A stretch of DNA of 64,000 nucleotides from an uncultured Parachlamydiaceae bacterium (lineage in GTDB: Bacteria; Chlamydiota; Chlamydiia; Chlamydiales; Parachlamydiaceae), in NCBI GenBank assembly GCA_963752155.1, contig CAVVXH010000008.1:1-64000 (forward strand). Direction: 5' to 3'. Shown in pieces: positions 22,314 through 33,930 of the stretch. Numbering within the stretch: position 1 is the first letter of the stretch; each line of letters starts with the position of its first letter. The notes beneath the pieces are model-generated. The model saw only the letters and a list, made by a program, of their open reading frames with translations. It had not been told where the DNA came from and made no database searches. A program made the position numbers and the translations under genes.

Positions 22314-22804
22314 ACCCCATGAACCTCATATCCATCATATAATTTAAATTCGTCTTGATTAGGAGGAGTAAACCAAGACATCCATTGGTTGAGCTCTTCA
22401 CGAGTTATATGAAAACAATTCTCAGGAAGCTCTATATTTCTTTTTCGAATCCTATGCCATAAATCTTCAATAGATACGTCCAAATAATGAAGGATGACTT
22501 TTACATCAACATCAACCTCTTTGGCACCATTTAAATAATCAAGCCGTTCTTCTCTAGACCAAAATCCATTTTCAAGGATGACATTTACACCAGAAACCAG
22601 CAATTTTTTCGCTAGATCCCACATTAATCTCTCTACGGGCTCCCTAAGCCTATCTAACTCTCTTTTATCTTTTTTATCTTTAATGACTATGCTTATCCAT
22701 TCGTCAGGACATAGCCTTAGTGCTTTAGAATCAATTTCTATCTTTTTTGCTAAAGTAGTCTTCCCCGCCCCAGGCAAACCGCATATTAGGTATAGAGTTG
22801 ACAT
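22307..22804 (-). CDS. AAA_33 P-loop kinase
   Basis: ICGLPGAGKTT, LCPDEW, VILENGFWSREER. Confidence 0.85.
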   Translation of the reverse strand: MSTLYLICGLPGAGKTTLAKKIEIDSKALRLCPDEWISIVIKDKKDKRELDRLREPVERLMWDLAKKLLVSGVNVILENGFWSREERLDYLNGAKEVDVDVKVILHYLDVSIEDLWHRIRKRNIELPENCFHITREELNQWMSWFTPPNQDEFKLYDGYEVHGVC

Positions 22805-23058
22805 CTGCTAGCCTTCTAGTTTTTAATAGTTATTCAATTGAAATACCACTCTGAGTATCTTCCTTTAAAAAAAACTTGCCATTCACATCAACTGTAACAG
22901 CGTAGTAGGAACCTTTTGCACAATGATGATTCATAAAACACTATCTCTCCTTATCTAAGGTTAATAAAGGAATAAGTTTTACAAAACCCTCTTTATTTGT
23001 AAATAGAATATCGAATAATGCTTTTACCTTCCCAATATTTGATCTTTCGAGGATTGGC

Positions 23059-24961
23059 TTATTTTAATTTGTTACCGGCTTTTTTGCTTTCAATAAGTGA
23101 CATATCGCTCATTATGGCTGGCTTCCAGATCGTTCTTAAAGAATTCATAATCGCCACTACATCAATAATCTCTTGTGTAATAGCTCCAGCAACGGGAGGA
23201 AGAAACCCAAAAGCAGCGACCATCATTCCTAAAATAGATAACACCATTCCTCCAACGGCACTCTGTAAGGCTATTGATCTCATCCGATTACTAATGTGCA
23301 AAAACTCATCCACTTTTTCTAAGCTGCTGTCCATAATAACAGCCCCAGCAGCTTCTGCAGTAATATCACTATTGCGCCCAAATGCAATTCCAACTGTGGC
23401 AGCAAGCAAAGCAGGTGCATCATTGATGCCATCTCCGAGATAAGCTGTTTTTGCCTGTTGTGTTTCTTTCACAACAATATCAACTTTTTCCTCAGGGCTT
23501 TTGCCTGCATAGACTTCTGCGATTCCGACAGCATTGGCCAAATACCTAACCTCTTCTTCGCGATCTCCCGAGACAATCATAACTTTTTTAAAGCCATGTT
23601 TTGGAAGTAAATGTTGTATGAAAGATTTACTGTCAGCTCGTGGAGAATCTCGAAAACGATAATGAGCTGCTAATTGATGATCGATAAGAATGACACATTC
23701 AAGCCCAGCGCCTTGGGGCAAAGCAGCAACATCTTTTCCTAAACCATATTTATCGAGCTGTTTGCGGCTAGTAATGATGACTTCATGTCCATCAACAGTC
23801 CCTTGAAGTCCTGCTCCTTTGGGTTCGCTTATTTGCTGTGCATCAATCAACTTGATATTTTCTTCTGCAGCTTTTTCAAGTATTGCACTTGCCAAGGGGT
23901 GTTTGGAATACCTTTCTATGCTAGCGACTAGTTTTAGAATCTCTATCGAATTGTGCTTTGTTATAGATAGTCTGATCAGTGAGAGTCGGCTTGCCATAAG
24001 TTAGCGTTCCTGTCTTATCAAAAATCATTGTTTGGCATTGATCTATTTGCTCCAGTACAATGGGGTTTTTGATCAAAATTCCTCGTCTGGCACATAAAGA
24101 AATAGATCCAATGATTGCTACTGGTATTGCAATCAATAGCGGACAAGGTGTCGCAATTACAAGCACTGCCAAAAAACGGACGGCATTGCCGCTGATAGCC
24201 CATGCTAAAATTGCAATGATAATGGCAATCGGGGTATACCAAGCTCCTAATTGATCGGCAAGTCTCCGCATACGAGGACGTTTTTGTTCAGACTCTGACA
24301 TGACTTGCATGATCTTGGCATAACGAGAATCTTGAGCTAATTTAGTCGCTTTGATCGTTAATGAGGCATCACCATTGATGGAACCGGAAAGGACTCCTGA
24401 ACCAGGAGCTTTCGAAATGAGAAAAGGCTCGCCTGTCAGGTACGATTCATCCATCACCCCATTTCCCGCAATCACTTCACCATCCACGGGACAAATTTCA
24501 TGAGGAAATATTAAAATCGTATCTCCGATAACAATTTTATCTACAGAGATGTCTTCAATTACATCACTTTTTCTGTCGATGAGCCGTAGTCGGGGCTCGT
24601 TTTGCAAGTACTTCAAGCATTTTAGAAGCAGTTCTTATAGCATAGTTTTCTAGCGTTTCTCCACCTGATAGCATTAATACAACTAATGATCCTGCTAAAT
24701 ATTCTTCAAGCAAAATGGCAGTAACAATGGACATTCCCGCTAGCAAATCGGAACCAAATTTGAAAGTCACTAACTTGCATACAAGATCGAAAACAAGGAT
24801 GCCTCCTCCTACAGCAAGAGTAATATAAAGTGGATAAAGAGAATACGCCTGGAAATCGGGAATCAAATATCGGAGAACTAAATGCACAGTTATGCTAATG
24901 ATTGCTAAAATGGCAATATACCCTTCTATACCGACCCTTTTTTCTGTGCAAGAGAAGTCAT
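23059..24961 (-). CDS. P1B heavy-metal P-type ATPase with three frameshifts
   Basis: [37 protein letters not shown] across overlapping ORFs; probable ATG at 24961. Confidence 0.85.
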
Positions 24962-24980
24962 CAACAATCTTCCTTTGAAT

Positions 24981-27525
24981 TTAGCTTGAGACATAATGCT
25001 TATAAAACCATTGTTTTACCACTTCTACCATCAGTAAGTACACGATCACCATGCTCGCCAGGATAAAAAAGAATAGCAACGGAGGTGCGACAAATCCAAA
25101 AAACTCTCCTAAAGAAGTGAAGGGGAGCAAAACAGCTAATGATACTACTAGAAGAGAACAGACAGTTAGCCAAGAATTAGGGCGGCTCTTTAGAGGGTTC
25201 TTGCGCGTGCGGATGACAAAGATAACGAGCACCTGCGTTGCCAATGATTCGATGAACCAGCCAGTATGAAAAAGGGCCTCTCCGGCTTGAAAAACTTTGA
25301 TCATGACAAAAAAGGTCAGAAAATCAAAGATGGAGCTGATCGGGCCAACGATCAACATGAACTTGCGAACAAAGTTAATGTCCCATTGTCTGGGGCGCAT
25401 CAGGTATTCTTCATCGACATTGTCCATTGGGATGGGAATTTCAGATATATCGTAAAGCATGTTGTTAAGCAAAATCTGCGTAGGTAGCATGGGAAGAAAG
25501 GGAAGAAACAAAGATCCACCTGCCATACTAAACATGTTGCCGAAATTGGAACTAGTTCCCATCATGATGTACTTCATAATATTTCCGAAGGTACGACGCC
25601 CTTCAATGACCCCACTTTGAAGTACACCTAAGTCATGATCTAAAAGGATCATTTCTGCTGCATCTTTAGCAACATCAACAGCGCTATCCACAGAAATGCC
25701 GATATCTGCCGAATGAAGTGATGGAGCATCATTAATCCCATCCCCAAGATATCCAACAGTATGACCTCGCTTCTTTAAGGCTAGAATGATTCGATTTTTC
25801 TGGGCTGGAGTAACACGACAAAATAGATTAACACTTTCTACTTGTCCCACTAAGGCCTGATCATCCATTTTCAGGATATCCGCTGCCCGTCAGAATTCCG
25901 GTAATCGGCAGTCCCAACTGTCCGCAAATATGTTCCGTCACAAGTTCATTATCGCCAGTTACTATCTTGACAGAGACTCCACTGGCAGCAAGGTCTGCTA
26001 AAGCCTTCTTCGCACTCTCTTTAGGTGGATCAAGAAAAGCTGCGAATCCTGAAAAAACAAGTTTTGCCTCATCGCTTATTACGACATGAGAGTAATCGGT
26101 TTCTTCCTGACGCCAGGCAATCCCAAGTACTCGGAATCCCTCTCTTCCTAGAGAATCAAATAGTGCTCGCACGGTAGCCATCGCTACATCATCTAAAGGG
26201 TGTAGATCGGTATCACTTTCCCCCTCATAAGTTGTGCAAAGACGCAAGATATCTTCGGGAGCCCCTTTGACCACGAGCATTCTTTTCTGTCCATTATCAA
26301 CTAGCACCGAAACCCGACGGCGTTCAAAATCAAAAGGCACCTCGTCAATTTTTCGCCAGCCAGTCATATCGATTTCTTTATGTTCCAAGATCGCATCATC
26401 CAAGGGACTTTTCAATCCTGTTTCAAAAAAGCTATTCAGATAGGCCAACTCTAAAACTCTGTTGCTGTCACGTCCTAGGCTGTCAATATGGCGCTCCAAA
26501 TGAATACATGCTTCAGTTAACGTGCCTGTCTTATCCGTACAAAGCACATCCATACTTCCCAGGTTTTGTATGGAAGCGAGTTGTTTAACAATGACTCGTT
26601 TAGCCGCCATACGCTTTGCTCCCTTGGCAAGAGTCACTGAAACAATCATAGGAAGCAGTTCGGGAGTTAATCCAACTGCTAACGCTACGGCAAAGATAAA
26701 GGATTCGAGCCATGGTCTGTGGAAGAATGCATTGACTAGAAGAACAAACAGCACGAGAAAGATTGTAAAGCGCATGATGAGTAATCCAAAGCTACGCGTT
26801 CCTTGTTCGAATGCATTCGGAGGAGCCTTGGCTATAAGACTGTCAGCAATATCTCCAAGCACTGTATTTGCACCCGTGTTGCAAACCAATACTTTTGCTG
26901 TTCCGCTCACTACTGAAGTCCCTCGTAACACGGTATTGCTCGCTGATAGGATCTCGGCCTCATCAGGTAATTCGCCTGGTTTTTTCTCGACAGGATAGGG
27001 TTCCCCAGTGAGAAGGGCCTGATTTACAAAAAAATCCTTTGCCTCCAATATGCGTCCATCACCAGGGACCAGGTCACCGGCTGCGAGCAGCACAACATCT
27101 CCAGGAACCAACGAAGGAAGAGGAATCTCCTGAGATTTTCCATCTCGCAGCGCCTGCACATGCACTGTCACTGATTGACGTAGCTTCTCGGCTTCTTTAC
27201 CAGCCCTATATTCCTGAAAAAAATCCAGTGTGACACTCATGAAGACAATAAGCGAAATAATGATAAAGCTAGCGACATCTCCTGTGAGAGCTGATATAGC
27301 GCTGGCTACGAGTAAAATGATGACAAGAGGATTGCTAAACTTGGACAGAAATTGAAAAAGCAATGCATTTCTTCGCTGTGGATGAAATAGATTAGGGCCA
27401 TAACGTGTTAGGCTTTCAGCGGCCTGGCTGCTTGTCAAACCGGCTGGAGTAGACTTATAGTATTCCAACAAAGCTGTCAAATTCTGCTGCCAAAAAGCCG
27501 ATTCCTTTTCAGACTGCACACTCAC
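24981..27525 (-). CDS. mgtA: Mg2+-importing P-type ATPase, one frameshift near 25880
   Basis: [44 protein letters not shown] start overlaps xfp stop. Confidence 0.88.
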
Positions 27526-27722
27526 GATCCACTCCATTTCCAATTCAGGATTTCGGGCATGTCTTGGTTATGTTTATCAAAGTAAAGTTTGTGCTCGATG
27601 AGTTTGTCTTGGACTAGAAGATTATCATAGAGATAAATCTGCCAGACAGATAAATAGTTAGCAGCTCGCCAGTAAGCATCCATTTTTTGAAGTAGTTCTG
27701 GAGAAAGAGTTTTTGTCTTCAT
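27522..27722 (-). pseudogene. xfp: Phosphoketolase reduced to fused N- and C-termini
   Basis: [17 protein letters not shown] joined in frame to QDKLIEHK.Y...QDMPEI.NWKW; adjacent to ackA. Confidence 0.85.
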
Positions 27723-27734
27723 GGTTCCCTCTTA

Positions 27735-27820
27735 GGACCCGAGAAAGAATAATTTGTACTTTTAGGCCGCGCGGGAGCTTTCGCGCGGCCTAAAAGTACA
27801 AATTATTCTTGCCCGGGTCC
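27735..27820. mobile_element. 86-bp palindromic MITE-like element with TTA/TAA direct repeats
   Basis: TTA-GGACCCG...CGGGTCC-TTA; near-perfect arms; right TTA is the ackA stop codon. Confidence 0.75.
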
Positions 27821-29011
27821 TTAGTCAAGTTTTAGAACACGGCAAAGCGTTTTGGCTATCATCCATTCTTCATCCGTATGAATGACACGGACAGCTACCT
27901 GGCTGGCTGCCGAGGAAATCATGCCCGCATTGACCATATTTGCTTTTTCTTCTAGTTCGATCCCAAGGAATCCAAGTCCCTCGCAAATCCTGGTACGAAC
28001 TATGGAAGCATTCTCTCCGATGCCACCAGCAAACACTAATGTGTCCAGTCCGCCCAACGTCGCTGCAAATGCGCCGATCCATTTCTTAACCTGGTAGCAA
28101 AACAGCGCGACCGCCTCAGCAGCTCTTACATCTTTTGTTTCATTCTTAAGCAAGTCGTGCATATCGGAACTGGTCTCCGATATACCTAGTAATCCGGACT
28201 GAAAATTGACCATCTCATTATATCGTTGTGCATCAAAGCCTTCGGTGCGTGACAAATACAAGACTAGCCCAGGATCAAGATCACCAGAACGTGTGCTCAT
28301 CGGCACCCCAGCTGCTGGTGTGAAACCCATGCTTGTATCTACAGATCTACCATTATGTACGGCCGCCAAACTCGCACCATTGCCGAGATGAGCAAGGATG
28401 ACTCGGCCTTGTGCAGCTTCTGATCCAGCCAAGCGAGCTAACTCTTCCATTAAAAATTCATAAGACAATCCATGAAACCCGTACCGCCGTACACCTTGCG
28501 CTTCATAACGACGTGGAATTGGCAATATTTTAGCCACGCGTGGAAGATCGTAATGAAAAGCAGTGTCGAAACAAGCTACTTGGGGCACGTTAGGAAATTG
28601 GTAATGAAACGTCTCAATCAATAGAATTTCCTCCAGCATATGCTCAGGATCGAATGAACTGAACATATGCAGATCTTCAATCATTTTAGCACTGATGCGC
28701 TGCGGCTTGCTATACTTCGGGCCACCATGCACGACGCGATGCCCCACAGCGGTTAATGCATCCCCCACCCGTTCTTTAATCCAATTCATTAGAACGTCTA
28801 TCGCGGTTTTATAATCGGGAGCCGTCACTAACCGCGAAAAATCATCCGTCAGGTTCAAGCCTTTCACACGCAAAGTGGCATCTGGCAGTCCAATCCGTTC
28901 AATTCCACCCCCTACAATCCTTTGAAGCGATTCGCCGACATCAAATAGTGCAAACTTGATGCTCGACGAACCACCATTGATTGTCAAAATGCGTGGATTA
29001 GCTGATTTCAT
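27821..29011 (-). CDS. ackA: Acetate/propionate kinase
   Basis: INGGSSSIK, GHRVVHGG, FDTAFH, RRYGFHG, HLGNGAS, GGIGEN. Confidence 0.93.
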   Translation of the reverse strand: MKSANPRILTINGGSSSIKFALFDVGESLQRIVGGGIERIGLPDATLRVKGLNLTDDFSRLVTAPDYKTAIDVLMNWIKERVGDALTAVGHRVVHGGPKYSKPQRISAKMIEDLHMFSSFDPEHMLEEILLIETFHYQFPNVPQVACFDTAFHYDLPRVAKILPIPRRYEAQGVRRYGFHGLSYEFLMEELARLAGSEAAQGRVILAHLGNGASLAAVHNGRSVDTSMGFTPAAGVPMSTRSGDLDPGLVLYLSRTEGFDAQRYNEMVNFQSGLLGISETSSDMHDLLKNETKDVRAAEAVALFCYQVKKWIGAFAATLGGLDTLVFAGGIGENASIVRTRICEGLGFLGIELEEKANMVNAGMISSAASQVAVRVIHTDEEWMIAKTLCRVLKLD

Positions 29012-29284
29012 ATAATTGTATTCTCTCCATTTTTTAAGTAGCATCTCCTAACCTTAAAGTCTAGCTAATGTTGATTTCATAGTCATGAAAATGATATATC
29101 TATCGATTAAATATTTATATTGACATCATGGCGCTGTTATTCTAGCTTGATGAAAAGGTGATAAGATATTTGTATGTAAGACTAATATTCATCCACGTTT
29201 ATGTGTGGACTGATGAAAGAATTTAACAGTTATTCTTTACATTAGCGATAGAACGAAAGTCAACTATAAGTAATGCGGTGTGAT

Positions 29285-29497
29285 ATGAAACATAAAAAAA
29301 AGAAAGACAATGGTGATGATCCTAAACCTCTTAATTTTGATCAAGACGAGGAAAAAGGACCTAGTGATCATTTAAAAAAACCATTTATGACTCCTTCTGA
29401 AGAAAGGGGCGACAATGAAGATGATCAATACTACGAAGAAGAAGAGGCTATCAGCCCAGAAGAAGTAAAAGAAAGAAAGGAAGAAGATGATCTCTAG
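29285..29497 (+). CDS. Small acidic low-complexity hypothetical protein
   Basis: 70-aa D/E/K-rich ORF. Confidence 0.5.
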   Translation: MKHKKKKDNGDDPKPLNFDQDEEKGPSDHLKKPFMTPSEERGDNEDDQYYEEEEAISPEEVKERKEEDDL

Positions 29498-29579
29498 CTT
29501 TTTGTTACCATATTACGAATGCGGGAGCTCAATGCCAGAATATTAGGTCAGGCATGGTGAGAAACGATTCTTCCCCTCC

Positions 29580-29708
29580 ATTTCCGGATCCAAAATACCT
29601 GACTTCTAATTAAGTAACCACCCCTGATTATAACATCCAAAAAGTTTTTGGATGTTATAATCAGGGGTGCATACTTAATTAGAAGTCACATATTTTGGAT
29701 CCGGAAAT
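29580..29708. repeat. 129-bp rod-like palindrome
   Basis: Perfect helices of 18, 17 and 25 bp separated by 2x2 mismatches, 1-nt loop. Confidence 0.9.
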
Positions 29709-29781
29709 CATAGGTTGCAAATAGCCATGTTTTAAATATTGGGACTTTAAGCTCTTCCTGGGTCGTAGGGATGATGCTGGC

Positions 29782-30561
29782 TCAGTAGGTGTCAGATATT
29801 GTGCCGACTATGTTGTTTGTAAGTTTGGCAATGCGATTTAAAATCAAAACGAAAATATTTTTCATTGAAGAAAAGTCGCTATTTAAAAAATCTTCTTTTT
29901 TTTGAATGTATAGCCCCTCTTTGGGAAGCTCTTCTTGAAGAAGAGAGATAGCTCTTTGAACACTTTCGAAAGAGACTTCTGGATGACACTGAAAGGCATA
30001 AGTTCTTGGAGAATAGCGGATAATCTGCCTGGGACAGCCTTTACTTGTAGCAAGAACTTTCGCTGTCTGAGTAATGCCTGGCATATATTTATGCCAATGA
30101 GCGACATTAAATGATGGAGGTAATGTTTGTAGGACAGGATCATCTTTAGCATCCATCGTAAGTTCAATAGGAAAAACTCCAATTTCTTGATAAGGACTCA
30201 ATTCTGTTTTTTGACCGTATGATTCACCTATGATTTGAGCACCCAAACAGAATCCTAAGACGAGCTTATTATTGACGATTGATTTTTCCACAAAATGGAT
30301 CTCATCTAAAAGAAAAGGATATCGATCTTTCTCCAATAGACACTGTGTTCCTCCAGTCAGAATTAGCCAATCAAAATCATCAATTGAAGGAAGTATCTCA
30401 CCTTGAAAAGGACGGCAGTAAGAAAGAGTATAATTCTGATCTTCTATCCAAGACACGATGTGGGCACTCAAATCAAAATCAGAATGGGCGATGCATAAGA
30501 TTCTAAGGACGGCTTTTATTTGGTTCATTTTTTCTTCAGTCTTGATAAAGGTAGATGACAC
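29782..30561 (-). CDS. Class I glutamine amidotransferase
   Basis: LILTGG, GFCLGAQ, HWH, QCHPE. Confidence 0.85.
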   Translation of the reverse strand: MSSTFIKTEEKMNQIKAVLRILCIAHSDFDLSAHIVSWIEDQNYTLSYCRPFQGEILPSIDDFDWLILTGGTQCLLEKDRYPFLLDEIHFVEKSIVNNKLVLGFCLGAQIIGESYGQKTELSPYQEIGVFPIELTMDAKDDPVLQTLPPSFNVAHWHKYMPGITQTAKVLATSKGCPRQIIRYSPRTYAFQCHPEVSFESVQRAISLLQEELPKEGLYIQKKEDFLNSDFSSMKNIFVLILNRIAKLTNNIVGTISDTY

Positions 30562-30781
30562 AGTTTGATGATCCCCTGCTTTCGAAATATTCTTGATGAG
30601 AAGTAAAGAAAAACATAAATTGAAGGTTTCGTAGAGCAGTTTGATTATCTGAATCTATACTATCTAACCACATGACCTCTATGCGATTGTAAGATAAAAA
30701 GGAAAAGTTTACAATCGAATTGTTCTCTGAAAAATCACAACAAGTGGACAGCAAAGAGTAAAATTTATCACCATTAGATCG

Positions 30782-31708
30782 TTGGAGAAAATAATGCAGG
30801 CTACAGAGCACCCATACATAAAAATATTCTCTGTGACTAAAGGAAAACCTAATGCTTTTGATCAATACTATCATGAATTGACATCCCTTGGAGATCAATT
30901 ATATGAGATCCTTGATCAGGGAAAAAATTGGTCGCAAGAATTGGTTTTAGCTTTAAACAATGGTGGGGGTGCTATTTTTCCTCATACTTTTTTTAGTAAG
31001 TGTGGAGAACAGATAGGAGCAGTAATCCATGCTATTCTAGATAGTGGTGCCGATCAAGTGATCTTACTTGGAACTACCCATCCTTTTCCACATTTGCTAC
31101 CAGCTCGAATCAAGGAATTCAATGGTGAGGATATTTCACAAGAACCCTCCTGGGGGTCCCTAGATCCTGAGTCTGCAAAGGCTAAGACAATACTCAAGGA
31201 TGAATTCTCATTAAATCTCTTCAAATCTCTTTTAAAAATAGAAGTTGAACGTAGAGGGATAAAAGCTCCTCACTTAATAGAACGCTATCCTAGCCTTGTA
31301 AATCGGCATCCAGAGACGCTTCCAGCTATACAAGAACTTAAAAACCTTAGCAAAAATGCAATCATTATTGGTACCGAAGATTATTGTCATCACGGCATAG
31401 CTTATGCACTTCCTAGAAGCAGTACAATTCCTATGGGAAAGCAAGCTTTATCATTTGCTCGCTCTCAAATTGAAGAGGGCTTTTCCCTTTTGCAACAAAA
31501 CAATTATGCACAATTTTATAGGCATGGAATGCATCTAAATGCGATTGGAGATCCTTCAGATGTCACTACTACCATACATTATTTAGTTGGAAGTCATGCA
31601 AAACCAAAAATTCTCGATTTGAAATTGGTCGATGTTTCTCATCTTTTTGAGAATGATCCATCTCCTAGTTGGGTTGCAGCAACACTTGTAAAAATCACAA
31701 AAGATTAA
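30782..31708 (+). CDS. MEMO1/AmmeMemoRadiSam-B-like protein
   Basis: AIFPHT, VILLGTTH, DEFSL, TEDYCHHG echo the MEMO PHAG, LGPSH, EHS and SSDFCH motifs. Confidence 0.5.
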   Translation: MEKIMQATEHPYIKIFSVTKGKPNAFDQYYHELTSLGDQLYEILDQGKNWSQELVLALNNGGGAIFPHTFFSKCGEQIGAVIHAILDSGADQVILLGTTHPFPHLLPARIKEFNGEDISQEPSWGSLDPESAKAKTILKDEFSLNLFKSLLKIEVERRGIKAPHLIERYPSLVNRHPETLPAIQELKNLSKNAIIIGTEDYCHHGIAYALPRSSTIPMGKQALSFARSQIEEGFSLLQQNNYAQFYRHGMHLNAIGDPSDVTTTIHYLVGSHAKPKILDLKLVDVSHLFENDPSPSWVAATLVKITKD

Positions 31709-31841
31709 TCATTAAAATTTACTACGTGAATAACAGTAATAATCATCATACCTTAGTGTTTGTATGCCTTAAGTAGCTTTGAAAAGTTATACGCCATGCA
31801 GTTCACTGACATATACAAAATGCAAATATCTTGACGAAGCC

Positions 31842-32861
31842 TTAATTTCTATCGGAAATTGTTACTAACTGTTTCCCTATATTCTCTCCATGAAAAAGGC
31901 CCAAGAATGCTCGGGGAATATTTGCCAAACCTATTTGGATGTTTTCTCTATATTTAATTTTTCCTTGTTTGATCCAAAGGGCCATTTGATCAATACCTTC
32001 AGGAAAACGATCATAATACTCGTCAATAATAAATCCTTTTAACATTACACTTCTAATCATAAGAATCCAAAAATTTCGCGGGCCAAAGTCCTGTTTTTCC
32101 AAATTATACATCGATATTTGCCCACAGAGAACGATTCGTGCATGCTTGTTGATGAGCATTAAGACTTGATCGGTAATATCTCCGCCTACATTGTCAAAAT
32201 AAACATCCACACCATTTGGACAAGCTTTTTTTAATTCTTCAATATAAGTTGTATTTTTATAATTGATAGCCGCATCAAATCCCAGTTCATTAATTAAATA
32301 ATTTGCTTTTTCATCACTCCCAGCAATCCCCACAACACGGCATCCTTTGATTTTGGCTATTTGTCCCACGATAGTTCCAACGGCTCCCGCAGCTCCTGAT
32401 ACAACTACTGTCTCATCTTTTTTAGGCTTGCCAATATCTAGCAAGCCAAAATAGGCTGTCATGCCTGGCATGCCTAATACTCCTAATGCTGTCGTGACAG
32501 GCCCTAAATTTGGATCTATTTTTTGTAAGTCATTGCTTTTCACAACGGAAAAATCCGACCATTCAAGATAGCCATGTACTACATCTCCCTTCTTAAAATC
32601 AGAGCTGTTAGACTTTACCACGCGTCCTATCCCACCACCTGTCGGAGGTTGATTCAACTGGAAAGTAGGAAAATGTATGGTCTGTTCATACATTCTTCCG
32701 CGCATATAAGGGTCGACTGAAAGAGTTAACGTTTCTACAAGAACTTCCCCTTCTTTAGGTTGAGGAATTGTTGTTTCATTCATAGCAAAATCAGACAGTT
32801 TAGGCATTCCTTTTGGACGTGCTACAAGTAGAATTTGATGATTAACTTCTTTTATATTCAT
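31842..32861 (-). CDS. NADP-dependent oxidoreductase (MDR, prostaglandin reductase/CurA-like)
   Basis: LSVDPYMRGRM, GMPGMTAYFGL, SGAAGAVG, YFDNVGG. Confidence 0.92.
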   Translation of the reverse strand: MNIKEVNHQILLVARPKGMPKLSDFAMNETTIPQPKEGEVLVETLTLSVDPYMRGRMYEQTIHFPTFQLNQPPTGGGIGRVVKSNSSDFKKGDVVHGYLEWSDFSVVKSNDLQKIDPNLGPVTTALGVLGMPGMTAYFGLLDIGKPKKDETVVVSGAAGAVGTIVGQIAKIKGCRVVGIAGSDEKANYLINELGFDAAINYKNTTYIEELKKACPNGVDVYFDNVGGDITDQVLMLINKHARIVLCGQISMYNLEKQDFGPRNFWILMIRSVMLKGFIIDEYYDRFPEGIDQMALWIKQGKIKYRENIQIGLANIPRAFLGLFHGENIGKQLVTISDRN

Positions 32862-32889
32862 ATGTTTTACCCGTGTTGATCATTTTTTT

Positions 32890-33930
32890 TTAAATATGAG
32901 AATCTTCTTTATTTCTCGTAGTTCTTTCTAAAATCCATTCTGCAATTAGATTTAATGCATTTGTAGCAATGGTCTCTTTAATTTGTGCATATTCCCCGAA
33001 AGATCCATCATGACATGTTTGAAATAAATGATTCAGTCTTGGCAGCTCGATCAGTTCATAGTCTTTATTCCCTCCTTCCTTTAATGCTTTACCAATGATC
33101 GAAAGATTTTTTTTAGACAAAACCTGTTGATCTAGCTCGCCATTAAGTGCAAGAAGCGGAATTTTTACTTGTTTCAAGGCTATAGCCGGATCGTAAGAAA
33201 GAAAAAAACGAAACCATGGTGTATTAAGATAGCCAAGTTCCACATCTATGGCATCAGATTCTTCACGTGTGAGCTCTTGTTTTAAATGAGAATGTCTAAT
33301 AATAATTTCACGTAATTGTTTTGCAGCAACTTCAGAATCCTTTTCATTTTTTAAAACATCAAATAGCATTTTTTTATGCTGATATTTTTTTTCAATGGCT
33401 TCTTTCGAAGTTCCTTTAGCTCTTTCAACGGATTCATTCCAGCCATACATAAATTTTTCTCCTGAAACGGCACATGCCGCCATCAACACAGCAAAAGCAA
33501 TATCTTGCGACTTTACAGCTGCCATCGGTGCTATGATTCCACCTTCACTCCATCCAATTAATCCGATTTGTTTTGGATTGACTTCCCTACGAGATTTAAG
33601 AAATTCGACCCCTGCAAGTACATCGTCGGCAAAGTCTGCAGTTGTTGCCATGTTAAAATTTCCGGTGGACTCCCCGCATCCGCGTTTATCGAAACGAAGC
33701 ACCGCAATTCCTCTAGAGGATAAATATTCTGCTAAGACTTGAAATGGCTTATGGCCAAAAATTGCTGCATCACGACAACTTTGTCCTGCACCTGCAATTA
33801 AAATCACTGCGGGAAAAGGCCCTTTAGAATCAGGGAATGTTAATGTGCCGGATAAATTAATATCTGCAACTGAGTTATATGATATAAATTCTGCTTGCCA
33901 ATTGCATAAGCCCGGGTTCAGTGGATTCAT
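32890..33930 (-). CDS. Alpha/beta fold hydrolase
   Basis: LRFDKRG, GWSEGG, GELDQQV, LNHLFQ. Confidence 0.88.
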   Translation of the reverse strand: MNPLNPGLCNWQAEFISYNSVADINLSGTLTFPDSKGPFPAVILIAGAGQSCRDAAIFGHKPFQVLAEYLSSRGIAVLRFDKRGCGESTGNFNMATTADFADDVLAGVEFLKSRREVNPKQIGLIGWSEGGIIAPMAAVKSQDIAFAVLMAACAVSGEKFMYGWNESVERAKGTSKEAIEKKYQHKKMLFDVLKNEKDSEVAAKQLREIIIRHSHLKQELTREESDAIDVELGYLNTPWFRFFLSYDPAIALKQVKIPLLALNGELDQQVLSKKNLSIIGKALKEGGNKDYELIELPRLNHLFQTCHDGSFGEYAQIKETIATNALNLIAEWILERTTRNKEDSHI

